A stretch of 64,000 bases of DNA from Candidatus Marinacidobacterales bacterium (GTDB lineage: Bacteria; Acidobacteriota; Vicinamibacteria; Marinacidobacterales; SMYC01). Shown here piece by piece: positions 21,590 to 32,019 of the stretch. The translations under genes were made by a program, and so were the position numbers. The first letter of the stretch is position 1, and each line of letters opens with the position of its first letter. Below the pieces are notes generated by a model. That model did not search any database and was not told the origin of the DNA. It worked only from the letters and a program-made list of their open reading frames with translations. The stretch spans positions 1,280,001 through 1,344,000 of the forward strand of contig CBDCYI010000011.1 of NCBI GenBank assembly GCA_965224085.1, written 5' to 3'.

Positions 21590-22348
21590 TCACACGCCGA
21601 GAAATTTGGGCTTTCGCCCCTCCCGGAACGCCGCAATACCTTCTTTCGCATCCCGGCTCGCGAAGATCATCTCGGGACCTCGGCGCCACAAAGCCGCCGT
21701 CTCGACCGGCCCTTTCGGCATCACTTCATGCGCGTAGCGCTTCATCATCGCAAGAACGAGCGGGGCGTTGTCGACGATACGCTCAGCGTAAGCGGTCGCG
21801 GCGCTCATGAGCTCGGCCCGCGGCACGACGCGATTGACGAGACCGATTTCGTACGCACGCTGCGCTGAGATCGGATCTCCGGTCAACATCAGCTCCATCG
21901 CCACTTTGTGAGGTATTCGAGCCGCGAGCGAGCTTGCCGCACCGATGGCCAGGCCGACTTTCGCTTCGGAGAAAGCGAACTGTGTATCGTTGGCTGCGAC
22001 ACAGAGGTCGGAGAACTGGACGAGACCGAGACCCCCGCCCAGGCAATGACCGAAGACCGCGGCGATGATGGGCTTTTCCACGTCGACGATGTGACCCGGG
22101 ATCGCGCGCCAGACATCGAGCGAGGGACCGTTCAAGTCCGCGCCGACGCAAAAGGCCCGCTCCCCTGCCGCCGTGATGATAGCGACGCGGTCGTCGCTGT
22201 TGTTGAAACGTCGCCAAGTCGCCTCGAGCGCCCCCCACATATCGTCGTTCATCGCGTTGAGCTTTTCGGGGCGATTGAGAGTGATGGTGGCGATGCTGTC
22301 TTTGGATTCGTAAAGCACCACGTTCGTTGACAAGGCTACCTCCGCCAA
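21590..22348 (-). CDS. Enoyl-CoA hydratase/isomerase family
   Basis: ITLNRPEKLNA, AFCVGADL, KPIIAAV.G.CLGGG, GLVNRVVP, AFREGRKPKF. Confidence 0.93.
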   Translation of the reverse strand: MAEVALSTNVVLYESKDSIATITLNRPEKLNAMNDDMWGALEATWRRFNNSDDRVAIITAAGERAFCVGADLNGPSLDVWRAIPGHIVDVEKPIIAAVFGHCLGGGLGLVQFSDLCVAANDTQFAFSEAKVGLAIGAASSLAARIPHKVAMELMLTGDPISAQRAYEIGLVNRVVPRAELMSAATAYAERIVDNAPLVLAMMKRYAHEVMPKGPVETAALWRRGPEMIFASRDAKEGIAAFREGRKPKFLGV

Positions 22349-22466
22349 TCGGATTCCACGCCCATGATACTCTTCGGAGCACGAATCGCGGAAGCGTCAC
22401 GACCGGGAGACTCTTAGGACCAAGCTCCGGTACGGTCGAACGACGTTAGGCAAACAGAGGCAGATC

Positions 22467-24488
22467 ATGAAGAGACTTTTCCTCCTTTTGGTGCTGGCCG
22501 CCCTGTCGCAGCACGCCTGGGCCAAGGTGGTCCGTTTCGACATCGAGCACCGCGAAGACATCCTCGCCGGCCACACCTTCGGTTTGGCCGGTGCCTATGA
22601 AAAGATCGCGGGTACCGTGTATCTCGCGGTGGATCCCACACTCGAGCCGAACTTAATTGTCACGGACATCACAAAAGCCCCGACCAATGATGACGGCCTC
22701 GTGGAGTTCTCCGCCGAGTTCTATATCGTCAAGCCCAAGCTCGCCGGCCGCGGCAACGGGTCTCTTCTGCTCGAAGTCGGGAATCGGGGTGGCAAAGGGC
22801 TGTTGTCCTTTTTCAACTTCGGAGAACGAAGCTTGGACCCAGAGACAAAAGCGCACTTCGGCGACGGCTTCTTGCTGCGTGAGGGCTTCACCCTTCTGTG
22901 GGTCGGCTGGCAGTGGGACACGCCCGAGATCGAGGGACGGATGCGGATGTTCCCATCGGTCGCGACCGAGGACGGCAAGCCCATCCGCGGGATCGTGCGC
23001 AGCGATTTCGTGCCGCGCGAGCCCAAATCCGATCACTCGCTTGCCGACCGCAATCACATCGCGTATCCGGTTGCAGACCCCGATACGCCCGAGAACGTGC
23101 TCACGGTGCGCGACGACGTCGAAGCGAAGCGATACATCGTGCCACGCTCGAAGTGGGGATTTGGAAGGATTGCGAACGGAGAGGTTGTCAACGATCCGCG
23201 CCGCGTTTATCTCGAAGGTGGCTTCGAGCCTTTTAAGATCTACGAGGTTGTCTATGTCTCCGAGAACCCGCCACTCGTTGGGCTCGGCCCGGCAGCTATC
23301 CGCGACGTCACGTCGCACCTCAAATATCAAGGCGATCCCGATCTCGGGATCTCGACCGAATCCGTCGAACGTGCTCTCGCATTTGGCATCTCGCAAAGCG
23401 GACGCTTCCTGAGAACGTTTCTCTATTACGGCTTCAACGAGGACGAGCGCCAACGCCGTGTTTTCGACGGGGTCTTCGCGCACGTGGCCGGCGGCGGCCG
23501 CGGGAGCTTCAACCACCGCTTCGCTCAGGCGTCGCGCGATGCACATCCCTACATCAACTTCTTTCATCCGACCGACATCTTCCCCTTCACCGACATGGAG
23601 CAAGTCGACTTCAAGACAGGTATGAATGACGGCCTGCTCGTCTACCAAAAAACTCAGTTCTTGCCGAAGGTCTTCTATACAAACTCGTCTTACGAATATT
23701 GGGGCCGGGCCGCTTCGCTCATTCACACCAGCATCGATGCCCAGGAAGACGCGAACCTTCTCGACCAGGTCCGCATCTACCATTTTTCCGGAAGCCAACA
23801 CGGCCCGTCGCGCTTTCCACCGAGAAGGACGATCGGCCATCAAACAAGCAATCCGATGGACTTTCGCTTCTCGATGCGGGCCCTCTTGGTGGCCATGGAA
23901 CGGTGGACGCGCGAAGGCGATGCTTCGAAGGAGCCACCCGCGAGCCGCTACGGCCACGTCGAAGGCGGAACGCTCGTCTCTCCCGAGAAGCTCGATTTTC
24001 CGGACCTACCTGGCATCGATAGCCGCACGCGCATCCACAAAGCTTATCGCGCGGATTACGGCGACAAGTTTCGGAGCGAAGGTATCATCACTCAGGAACC
24101 GCCGGTGATCGACGGGGCTTACCCTATGATGGTCCCCGCCGTGGACGCGGATGGGAACGAGATCGCCGGCATTGAGATGCCCGAGCACGTGGTGCCGCTC
24201 GCAACCTATACGGGCTGGAACCTCTTCAACGAGGAATCGGGCCCCACTCACGTTCTCTCGAGCATGCAAGGCTCGTTCATACCTTTCGCTAAGACCGAGG
24301 CGGAGCGCAAGAAGACGGGCGACCCGCGGCCATCGATCGAAGAGCGCTATTCGAGCCGCGAGCACTATCTCGGGCTCGTCGCGCAAGCCGCTCTCGAGCT
24401 TATCGACGCCGGCTATCTGCTCGGCCACGATCTACCAGCCATGTTGAAACAGGCCGGAGAACATTGGGACTACATCACCCGTCCTTGA
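22467..24488 (+). CDS. Secreted alpha/beta-hydrolase domain protein
   Basis: Signal peptide; NRG, GWQWD, GISQSGRFLR nucleophile elbow, EYWGRAASL, VDADGNE. Confidence 0.85.
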   Translation: MKRLFLLLVLAALSQHAWAKVVRFDIEHREDILAGHTFGLAGAYEKIAGTVYLAVDPTLEPNLIVTDITKAPTNDDGLVEFSAEFYIVKPKLAGRGNGSLLLEVGNRGGKGLLSFFNFGERSLDPETKAHFGDGFLLREGFTLLWVGWQWDTPEIEGRMRMFPSVATEDGKPIRGIVRSDFVPREPKSDHSLADRNHIAYPVADPDTPENVLTVRDDVEAKRYIVPRSKWGFGRIANGEVVNDPRRVYLEGGFEPFKIYEVVYVSENPPLVGLGPAAIRDVTSHLKYQGDPDLGISTESVERALAFGISQSGRFLRTFLYYGFNEDERQRRVFDGVFAHVAGGGRGSFNHRFAQASRDAHPYINFFHPTDIFPFTDMEQVDFKTGMNDGLLVYQKTQFLPKVFYTNSSYEYWGRAASLIHTSIDAQEDANLLDQVRIYHFSGSQHGPSRFPPRRTIGHQTSNPMDFRFSMRALLVAMERWTREGDASKEPPASRYGHVEGGTLVSPEKLDFPDLPGIDSRTRIHKAYRADYGDKFRSEGIITQEPPVIDGAYPMMVPAVDADGNEIAGIEMPEHVVPLATYTGWNLFNEESGPTHVLSSMQGSFIPFAKTEAERKKTGDPRPSIEERYSSREHYLGLVAQAALELIDAGYLLGHDLPAMLKQAGEHWDYITRP

Positions 24489-25818
24489 AGAACTCGCGGA
24501 TGAGCTTGCGCAAGAGCGCCGCCGAGCCGAGGATCGCCACGAGGTTCGGGACCGCCATCAGCGCGTTCAAAGTGTCCGAGATCTGCCAGACGAGTTGGAG
24601 GCTGCCGGTCGCGCCGAACCAAACGGCGCCCACCCACGCGATCCGGTACGGCAGCACCGCGCGATCGCCGAAAAGATAGACCGCGCCCGTCTCACCGTAG
24701 AACGACCAGCCCACCAACGTGGAGAATGCAAACGTGAGGACACCGACGGTGACGACCACATCGCCCCAAACACCCGGCAAGCCGAGCTCGAAACCTTTGG
24801 CAGACATCGCGGCGCCGGTGAGCTCGAGCTCCCAGGCGCCCGTGGTCAAGAGCACGAGTCCCGTCATCACGCAGACGACGAACGTGTCGATGAAGACTTC
24901 GAAGATTCCATAGAGTGCTTGGCGCACGGGGTGATCTGTCACGGCAGCCGCGTGCACGATGGGCGCGCTCCCGAGACCCGCTTCGTTGGTGAACAAGCCC
25001 CGTGCAATCCCAAGCCGCACAGCCTGCATCACAGTGGCACCGGCAAAACCGCCCACCGCCGCCGAACCGTTGAAAGCACCGTCGATCACGAGGCTCACCG
25101 CGCGCGGGATCTCGCCGAAGTTCGAAAGCAGGATCACCCCGGCGCCGATGATATACGCGATACACATGAACGGTACGAGATACTGCGTCACCTCTACGAT
25201 GCGCCGAAGGCCTCCGAGCACGACGAGCGCCACGAGCGCCATCAAGATGACACCGGTGACGTGCACATCGAGGCCGAAGCTCGCATCTACGGCATCCGCA
25301 ACCGAGTTCGCTTGAACCATGTTGCCGATGCCAAACGCGGCGAGGCTCGTCAGAAGCGCAAAGATGGAGCCGAGCCATGGAAGGCCGAGACCGTTCTTCA
25401 AGATGTACATCGCGCCGCCACGCATCGTGCCTTGGGCGTCTTTCTCACGATAGTGAAGTGCGACGGCGATTTCGCAAAACTTTGTGCACATGCCGAAAAG
25501 GCCCGACACGAGCAACCAGAACAAAGCTCCCGGGCCACCGAGATGGATCGCGGTCGCGACCCCCGCGATGTTGCCGACCCCGACCGTGCTCGCGAGCGCT
25601 GTGGCGACCGCCTGGAAGGGACTGACCGTTCCCGTGCCTGCCCCTTTCGTCCAAAGCGTTCCCAAGACTTCGCGGAACGCGAATCCGAATCGACGAAACT
25701 GAATGCCTCCGGTCCAAATCGTCAGAAAGAGCCCCGTGCTCATCAAGGCGATGATGAGAGGAGTGCCCCAGACCAAAGCGTTGATTTGATTGTGAATCTC
25801 GATGAGGCCGTCTATCAT
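24475..25818 (-). CDS. Sodium:alanine symporter (AGCS family)
   Basis: SPFQA, TVGVGNIAGVA, GGPGALFW, GNMVQAN, RGLFTNEAGLGSAP. Confidence 0.95.
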   Translation of the reverse strand: MIDGLIEIHNQINALVWGTPLIIALMSTGLFLTIWTGGIQFRRFGFAFREVLGTLWTKGAGTGTVSPFQAVATALASTVGVGNIAGVATAIHLGGPGALFWLLVSGLFGMCTKFCEIAVALHYREKDAQGTMRGGAMYILKNGLGLPWLGSIFALLTSLAAFGIGNMVQANSVADAVDASFGLDVHVTGVILMALVALVVLGGLRRIVEVTQYLVPFMCIAYIIGAGVILLSNFGEIPRAVSLVIDGAFNGSAAVGGFAGATVMQAVRLGIARGLFTNEAGLGSAPIVHAAAVTDHPVRQALYGIFEVFIDTFVVCVMTGLVLLTTGAWELELTGAAMSAKGFELGLPGVWGDVVVTVGVLTFAFSTLVGWSFYGETGAVYLFGDRAVLPYRIAWVGAVWFGATGSLQLVWQISDTLNALMAVPNLVAILGSAALLRKLIREFFKDG

Positions 25819-25868
25819 GGCGAGCCGATGCTACACGAAAGATGCGTGATTACCAACGCCAAGCGGGG

Positions 25869-26216
25869 CTACGGGATCGGTTCGATGGGCGGAGGTGCTT
25901 GCCGTCCCTCGTCCAGAAGAAACGGCATCGGGATCGGAGCGTCATCGATCGCCGCCTGGACAAGGATCCCCGAGACGCGTCCGTAGCGAGCCTCCTCCAG
26001 AACTTCGGCCGATCGGACGGCGTCTCGAGACCAAAGCACAACGACGCAATCTGCCGCATTCAGGGCCTCGCGCAGGGCGTGCGTCGTGATGACGTTCGGC
26101 TCAGCGAAGCGCTCCCACGAAACCGGCCAGCCCTTTTGCTCGATTGCCTGGACGACCTGCCGCGCAGTGTCGCTATCTTCGAGCGAGTAGCTCAAGAATA
26201 TTTGTTGTCCCGTCAT
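25869..26216 (-). CDS. TIR-domain protein, stand-alone or truncated
   Basis: IFLSYS.ED, CVVVLWSRDAVRS.EV.EEA, PMPF; ends just after the TIR domain. Confidence 0.75.
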   Translation of the reverse strand: MTGQQIFLSYSLEDSDTARQVVQAIEQKGWPVSWERFAEPNVITTHALREALNAADCVVVLWSRDAVRSAEVLEEARYGRVSGILVQAAIDDAPIPMPFLLDEGRQAPPPIEPIP

Positions 26217-26364
26217 GGTCGAAGATGATAGCTCAGCTCATCGCCATTCGGCTATCGACGCGCATCTGCGCATTCTCCGCAGATCTAGCGCGGGACTCAG
26301 GAATTAGTAGTTCAGAGGCGAAACGCTCGAGCTCGATTCGAGCTGAATACGAAGCCTTGACGAA

Positions 26365-26733
26365 CTACTTCTCTTGTAGCTTCGCGTTCGCTTTGGCGAG
26401 GTTTTCTTGGCTCTCGAAATAGTAGACGCGGTTATAGGCGTCGGCGGCGATGATGGCTGTGGCTTTGTCCACTTTCGTGCCGCTGACGGGGTCGATGCCG
26501 ACGCGCAGTTGCTCGTTGTTCTCGAGACGGGCTTTGCACATCTCGCAGCAGCCGTAATAGGTCTTGCCTTCGACGTCCACGCGTACTTGCTCCTTGTCGT
26601 AGGCCGCATCGTTGACCATGCAGACATACTCGGCTTCCACGACTTCGAGAGCGTTGTCGGCCGAGACAATAGGAGCTAGCAACGCGAGCACAAAAACAAG
26701 GCAAAGACTCTTTTTCAGCATCGTCAACAACAC
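26365..26733 (-). CDS. Secreted YHS/TRASH metal-binding protein
   Basis: Signal peptide; VCMVND, GKTYYGCCEMC, DPVSG, YYFES. Confidence 0.85.
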   Translation of the reverse strand: MLLTMLKKSLCLVFVLALLAPIVSADNALEVVEAEYVCMVNDAAYDKEQVRVDVEGKTYYGCCEMCKARLENNEQLRVGIDPVSGTKVDKATAIIAADAYNRVYYFESQENLAKANAKLQEK

Positions 26734-26763
26734 CTCACCGCTATTATAACAAAATTGGGGCTT

Positions 26764-26930
26764 TCAGGAATCCCGAAGCGCTACGAGCGGGTCGATGCGG
26801 GTTGCCCGCAATCCCGGGAGCAAACAAGCCCCAAACGCCACGCCGCCGAGCGCGACGCTAATCCCAACGAGGGTCCACGGGTCGGACGGTGCCACTCCGT
26901 AGAGCATTCCCTCCAGAAACAGAGTCAACC
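26764..26930 (-). pseudogene. C-terminal remnant of an ADOP/MacB-like permease
   Basis: Manual translation LEGMLYGVAPSDPWTLVGISVALGGVAFGACLLPGLRATRIDPLVALRDS*. Confidence 0.75.
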
Positions 26931-27038
26931 TGCTCTCTAGATTTTTCAGGATCTCCTATGGCGGCTTTGCGTACTGTCCTCTTTTGAGCTCCCTTTCGAG
27001 CACACAGAAGATATGCCGTTCGACGAGCTCTCGGAACG

Positions 27039-28091
27039 TCAGCCGCCCTCGACGCCTTGGACCGCCTGGATGAGCTCTCGCGCGTCGCCGGCTCTTCTTC
27101 CGTCGATGCGCTCGACTTCACGAAGTGCCTCGAGCGCGCGGTCAGGATCTCTTTTCATTAGCTCGGCCTTGCCCAGGAGCCAGAACGCATCCTCGCGGAG
27201 CCTCGTGCTTTGGCCGGATTCCGTCACGATTCGAAGGTGCTCGATAGCACGGTTGAGCCGTGGTTCGCTGTAGGCGAGGACACGGCCAAAGATCTCCGTC
27301 TTCGCTTCGAAGAGCCAAGCGGAACCCGAGAGGTAGTGAGCATAAGTGACGAGACCGGCGTCCGACTCGCCGGCGCTGAATCGCTCGAGAAGCGTTAGCG
27401 CTTCCGAGTAACGACCTTCGTTCATGAGTGATATCCCTTCAGTCAGCGTGCTACCGGAATCTCGTGTCAGAAAACTCGTTTCCGTTGCCTCCACGAAAGC
27501 TAGTTGGTGGTACGGGTTCCGAAGCTACGGTCCCATCCACAAAAAGACGACGAGAAGACAACCGAGGGCCACGCCAGCAGTGGGATAGGGAGGGGTTGAG
27601 ATCAGGGCGTTCTTCGCTCGTATCCAAACTCGTTCGAGCGCTCGTTCGAGCTCGTGGCGAACGGAGACCCTCGAGGGAGGTAGTTTGATGAGCGGTACTG
27701 GCGGGACGCCGGCTTCGGTCAAAAAAATGTCAACTTCGCGATACTGCTCGATGATGCTATCGACCGCCAACCGGCAACGTGGGCACGCACCGACGTGGCC
27801 CTCGATCTGTTGAACTTCGAGGCCGGACAGCCGAGTCTGGTCATAGTCCGCCTCCGTCGGCGCGGCGCGATGAATCGCGAATCGGGTGAGCCGCTCTCCG
27901 TCGACGTGTAGCGGAGCCTCGAAGTTCCGCAGGGCCACCATCAGGGCCCGATATTCCGCGAGCTTCGCTCGACAGCTCTGACACGTCTCTGCATGGCGCT
28001 CGAGATCGATACGCGTTTCGTCACGGAGGTCAGGAAAATCGGTGAGCCGGGCATCGATGGCGTCGCAGGGACTCATCTTGTTGTGTGCCAT
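27039..28091 (-). CDS. Anti-sigma factor: two HxxxCxxC fingers, TM, extracytoplasmic TPR; interrupted by an in-frame TAG (27525-27527)
   Basis: HAETCQSC and HVGACPRC; TM ending FLWMGP; reads GP*LRNPYHQLAFVEATETS in frame into the 27039-27494 ORF; 350 aa if joined. Confidence 0.75.
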
Positions 28092-28092
28092 T

Positions 28093-28677
28093 TCAGCCCA
28101 GCCCGCTCCGGGTCGACTCGAGCAACCATTTCAGTAGTAATGTCGTTGAGAAAGTGAGAATGGTCACATCGAGAGCCGAACGAAGTTTGGCGAGGTTCCG
28201 CTTGACCTGCATCTTCACTCCGCTCACACTCAGGTCGGTCTTTGCCGAGATTTCCTCGTACTTGTAGCCATCGGCTCGCATGAGCAGGATGCGACGACTC
28301 TGCTCCGGCAGTTGTTCGAGCGCCTTGTGCAGGTCCAATCGGCGCAGGATCGCCTCGGCCGGATCCTCGCCGGATGTCACCTCGTCTACCTCCAGCGATT
28401 CTTCCGGGTGTCGATACTTCTTTCTCAAGTAATCCTGGGTCACGTGGACGGCAATCTTGATGATGAAGCCCCGTAGGCTCATGCGCTCACGGAGGAACCG
28501 TATGAAGGTCTCCTGACAGAGCTCTTCGACGACGTCGGGGTTTTGGAACCGGCGCCAGAAGTACTTCCGGATGGGCGGGTCCAGCTCGCGGCAGAGCGCG
28601 TTCAGAGCGGCGTCGTCACCCGCGGAGGCTTTTTTAAGAAGCTCCGCAAGGAGACGCGCGGTTCGATCTTCGGCCAT
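28093..28677 (-). CDS. ECF sigma-70 factor
   Basis: GDDAALNAL, VEELCQETF (region 2), LEQLPEQSRRILLM, GYKYEEIS, VSGVKMQVKR (region 4). Confidence 0.92.
   Translation of the reverse strand: MAEDRTARLLAELLKKASAGDDAALNALCRELDPPIRKYFWRRFQNPDVVEELCQETFIRFLRERMSLRGFIIKIAVHVTQDYLRKKYRHPEESLEVDEVTSGEDPAEAILRRLDLHKALEQLPEQSRRILLMRADGYKYEEISAKTDLSVSGVKMQVKRNLAKLRSALDVTILTFSTTLLLKWLLESTRSGLG
28142..28168 (-). promoter_or_regulatory. Candidate ECF promoter inside the sigma gene 3' end
   Basis: TGTGAC-N17-CGAC about 50 nt upstream of the anti-sigma ATG; the same motif occurs at 32465-32491. Confidence 0.5.
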
Positions 28678-28737
28678 TGCGATGGGACCCCGATGCTAAT
28701 GAGCCCGCACCCATTGTGTTCGGTTAGCAAGAACATA

Positions 28738-31725
28738 TCACGTTGCAAGCGACCGTGAACCGCGGCGTTTCCACATAAAGCCTATGGCTGCGCTCAATAG
28801 GAGAAAGCCGCTGACGGGCACGAGCCAGTCGCGCTCGGGACGACGCTTTTTGGGCAGAGCCAAAGGCCGCCAGTCTCCGTTCAGAATGAAGGGCGCCCAA
28901 TAAAACGGGTCTTTCTTATCGCCTCGCGACGCGTGCAAGTAATCGAGCTTGGCTTGGCGTAACGCCTGCTTCTTGCTTGAACCCGCTTGCAGGTGCCGAT
29001 AGAAGAACTCCATGATGCGCGCCGTCGCGTCGTCATCGACACTCCACAGACTGACTACCAAACTCGGCACACCGGCATACAAGAAGGCACGGCTGATGCC
29101 GATGAGCCCCTCGCCCTTGCGGAGGTTGCCCAAGCCCGTGTTGCAGGCGCTCAAGACCGCGAGCTCGGCGTTCAACTTCGCGTCGAAGATCTCGTAGGTT
29201 TGGAGGACGCCGTCCGCGAGCGCGATCCGTGAGTAGAGCGGCTGCCGATCATCGTTCCAAAAATGGGTGGCGAAATGAAGCACCCCATATTGCTCGGCTT
29301 CTTGCTCGAAGGCGGTTTCTGTCGCCGCGTCACCCGTAAACACACTGTTCTCAAAGCCCTCAAACGCGGCTTGAATGGCCTCCACTTCAGCCTCAGAGTT
29401 GGGAAGACGCGGCGTTCTGTCCATCGTGTCCGGGAAAGACGGGTTGCCAAAGGCGATAACACCTTTTCTAGATTCTCTTGGTCGCTTCAACGTCGGATCG
29501 AGCACACTCGCCGAGGCTGAGTACGATACCGCGTAGCGCTCGACCAAGAAGGTGGCGGCAGAGAAATCGTAGCGGTGCTCGGCGTCTCGACTCTCGATGA
29601 CCAGCACTTCGAACGGCAGATAGAAAAGGAAATCGTCGGGGACGATAATGAGCTCAGCGCTTTCGGGCAGCCACGCTTCCACGGGTTCGAGCAACGTTTG
29701 GTAGAGAGCTCTTGCCGGAGGCAAGGAAAAGTCCGCAAGCTCAGGGTTGAAGACCCTGAAGACTTGGCCGCTGGACTTCGCGTCGAGGGCGCCGTCGACT
29801 TCGAATAGAGGGCTCAGCTTCGCGAGCCGTCGTCTCAGCTCCTGCCTGCCCACGGGCACCTCGCGGTAGTGGAGCTCGTCCCGACTCACGACGAATACGG
29901 AGAGACTCTCCTCGCCTATCAAGTATTCCACCAGGACCTGGTCGGGCTCGAGTACCCTGGATTGAACGCTGGCCACATCGAGCGGCTCCGAAAGAGCCAT
30001 TTCATAGAACTCGCCGTTCTCCTCTCGGACGCGATCCAGAAGCAACGACTTCCGAAGCTCGAGCGCCGTTATCCGCTCTTCGAGCGTGACGGCGGTCGCG
30101 ACGTTGCCTAGAATACGCGAGCGCATCCGTGAGAGCTCGGCGTGGTTTTCTGAAAGCTCAGCGCGTACCGCTTCAAGCTCCAGACGAAGGTCCTCAGGCA
30201 GGTGGGTCTCGAAGAGCGTTTGTCCTCTCGCCAAGATGTCGAGAAAACCTTTTGCTTTGAATTTCTCCGTGAAGGCGAAGGCTTCCTTGAAAGCACCTTC
30301 GGCGGCCAAAAGCTGCACGATCGCGGGATAGGCCTCGTACTTATCCTCGAGAAACGAGCTTCCCAGCGATTCGATGGCGAGCCCCTCCCGCACCTCGTCG
30401 TAAAGCGCGATGGCTTCTGCGTAATGCGCTATCGCCTTCGCCGCTTCACCTTGCATCTTGTAGGTCGAGCCGAGCCCTGCCTGAGCTTCCCAAACGGCTT
30501 GAACCTCACCCGTCCGCTCTCCGATCGATAGCGCTCGATTGTAGTACGCAATCGCTTCAGCGTTGTAATAGCGCAAGGCCTCCGCGAGATCGCCGCGACC
30601 CTGGAACGCCTCAGCCATGTTGGCGAGGGTCACACACTGCTCAGTCCTGAATCCATACTCACGCGCAAGCATCAAAGCTTCGCGATAATGCGCGAGGGCG
30701 CTCTCATAGCGCCGAGCTTCCTTGTGTACTGAGCCGACATTGCCGAGGGCGATGAGCTCGGCTCGGATGTCTCCACTGTCTCGCGCAAGCCTGAGGTTAG
30801 TCCGGAAATATTCCAGCGCTTTTTCGTGGTCGCCCGCCATCGCGTAGACCGCGGCCGCGTTGTTCACACTGCTTGCTTCCCTACTTCGGTCTCCGATCTC
30901 TTTGGCGAGGTTTAGAGATTCGTGAAGATAGTCCAGCGCTTTCAGGTAGTCCCCCCGAAACCATGCAATCGTGCCCTGCATCATCGCCGCATAGGCGAGC
31001 ATTTCGAAATCACCACGACGATCGGCCGCTTGCCGCAAGGCCAGGCACGATTCCCAACTCTTTTGGTACCTCCCAGTCCGAAAGTAGCTCTGCACGAGCC
31101 CGTGGTTGGCTTGCGTGAGATCGGGATTGAGCTCGAGCGCCCTCGTGAAAGACCGAATGGCTTCGTCGACTTGGAAACTTTGAGCGTAGCTCCAGCCCAA
31201 TCCCAACAATGCGTTGGCGTTTCTCGGGTACGCGATCGTGAGGGCTCCGAAGTAATCGATCGCAGCATCGAGCGCGTCCTTGGCGCGATACACTTCGACC
31301 AGCCCGCCATGCACACCATAGGGCTCGGCAAATTCTGGCTCGAGGCTTACCGCACGCTTCAGTTTCTCGAGCGCTCCGTCGACGTCGCCCTCGTGAAAAT
31401 CGAGCCGCCCCAGTCCGTAATGCGCGTACGCATCTCGTGGATCGGTTTCGACCCGCTCTTCGAAATAGCTGCGCGCTCCGCTCACATCGTGCAGCAACAG
31501 GAAGAGATCGACAAGGGCTCGATGGACAGTGTCGAGATCGGGGTGCTCGGAGGCGAGTTGCTTTGCGTCCCGAAGGGCGAGGCGATAGGCGGACTCGCCC
31601 CTCAGCCTGAGGACTTCGAGAAGACGTTCGCTCATGCCCGACTGCGCCGACGCAAGCGACCCTGCCACGACTGCACAGGCCGTAAGCGCGGTGACGAGGC
31701 CGGGGGCGAGCGAGTCGCTCCGCAT
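28738..31725 (-). CDS. Exported TPR-CHAT (caspase-like) protease with C-terminal membrane anchor
   Basis: Signal peptide; long TPR array; CHAT motifs IVPDD.L..LPFE, LHFATH, LSACNT, SLWSVDD, PFYWAPF; C-terminal TM followed by KRR. Confidence 0.92.
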   Translation of the reverse strand: MRSDSLAPGLVTALTACAVVAGSLASAQSGMSERLLEVLRLRGESAYRLALRDAKQLASEHPDLDTVHRALVDLFLLLHDVSGARSYFEERVETDPRDAYAHYGLGRLDFHEGDVDGALEKLKRAVSLEPEFAEPYGVHGGLVEVYRAKDALDAAIDYFGALTIAYPRNANALLGLGWSYAQSFQVDEAIRSFTRALELNPDLTQANHGLVQSYFRTGRYQKSWESCLALRQAADRRGDFEMLAYAAMMQGTIAWFRGDYLKALDYLHESLNLAKEIGDRSREASSVNNAAAVYAMAGDHEKALEYFRTNLRLARDSGDIRAELIALGNVGSVHKEARRYESALAHYREALMLAREYGFRTEQCVTLANMAEAFQGRGDLAEALRYYNAEAIAYYNRALSIGERTGEVQAVWEAQAGLGSTYKMQGEAAKAIAHYAEAIALYDEVREGLAIESLGSSFLEDKYEAYPAIVQLLAAEGAFKEAFAFTEKFKAKGFLDILARGQTLFETHLPEDLRLELEAVRAELSENHAELSRMRSRILGNVATAVTLEERITALELRKSLLLDRVREENGEFYEMALSEPLDVASVQSRVLEPDQVLVEYLIGEESLSVFVVSRDELHYREVPVGRQELRRRLAKLSPLFEVDGALDAKSSGQVFRVFNPELADFSLPPARALYQTLLEPVEAWLPESAELIIVPDDFLFYLPFEVLVIESRDAEHRYDFSAATFLVERYAVSYSASASVLDPTLKRPRESRKGVIAFGNPSFPDTMDRTPRLPNSEAEVEAIQAAFEGFENSVFTGDAATETAFEQEAEQYGVLHFATHFWNDDRQPLYSRIALADGVLQTYEIFDAKLNAELAVLSACNTGLGNLRKGEGLIGISRAFLYAGVPSLVVSLWSVDDDATARIMEFFYRHLQAGSSKKQALRQAKLDYLHASRGDKKDPFYWAPFILNGDWRPLALPKKRRPERDWLVPVSGFLLLSAAIGFMWKRRGSRSLAT

Positions 31726-32019
31726 TCGAGATTACTCCAAATGACGCGCAATCAGACCATACTACAAATGGCTAGTGTCCTGTCCCAGTAATTCGTTAGC
31801 ATAAAGCTCGAGGTTATTTTGTGTGGTGGCGAGGCGTGCCGACGTCTCGGGATATTTCGAGCCGCCTCGAGCAGTTGAGCCTGTCGAGCAGAGGGCTAGG
31901 CGGAGGCCGAACTGGAACGATACCGAAACGAACCAGCGCGCAAAAGGGACCGAGGTTTGTGTGACGAACTTCTGATACAGGGCACGAACTTGGAGGAGTT
32001 ATCTCTGTCGGCAGGTGGT

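Noticed and set aside
27039-31725. Type III-E Craspase locus
   Set aside because: No Cas7-11 or CRISPR repeats in the window, and the CHAT protein is exported.
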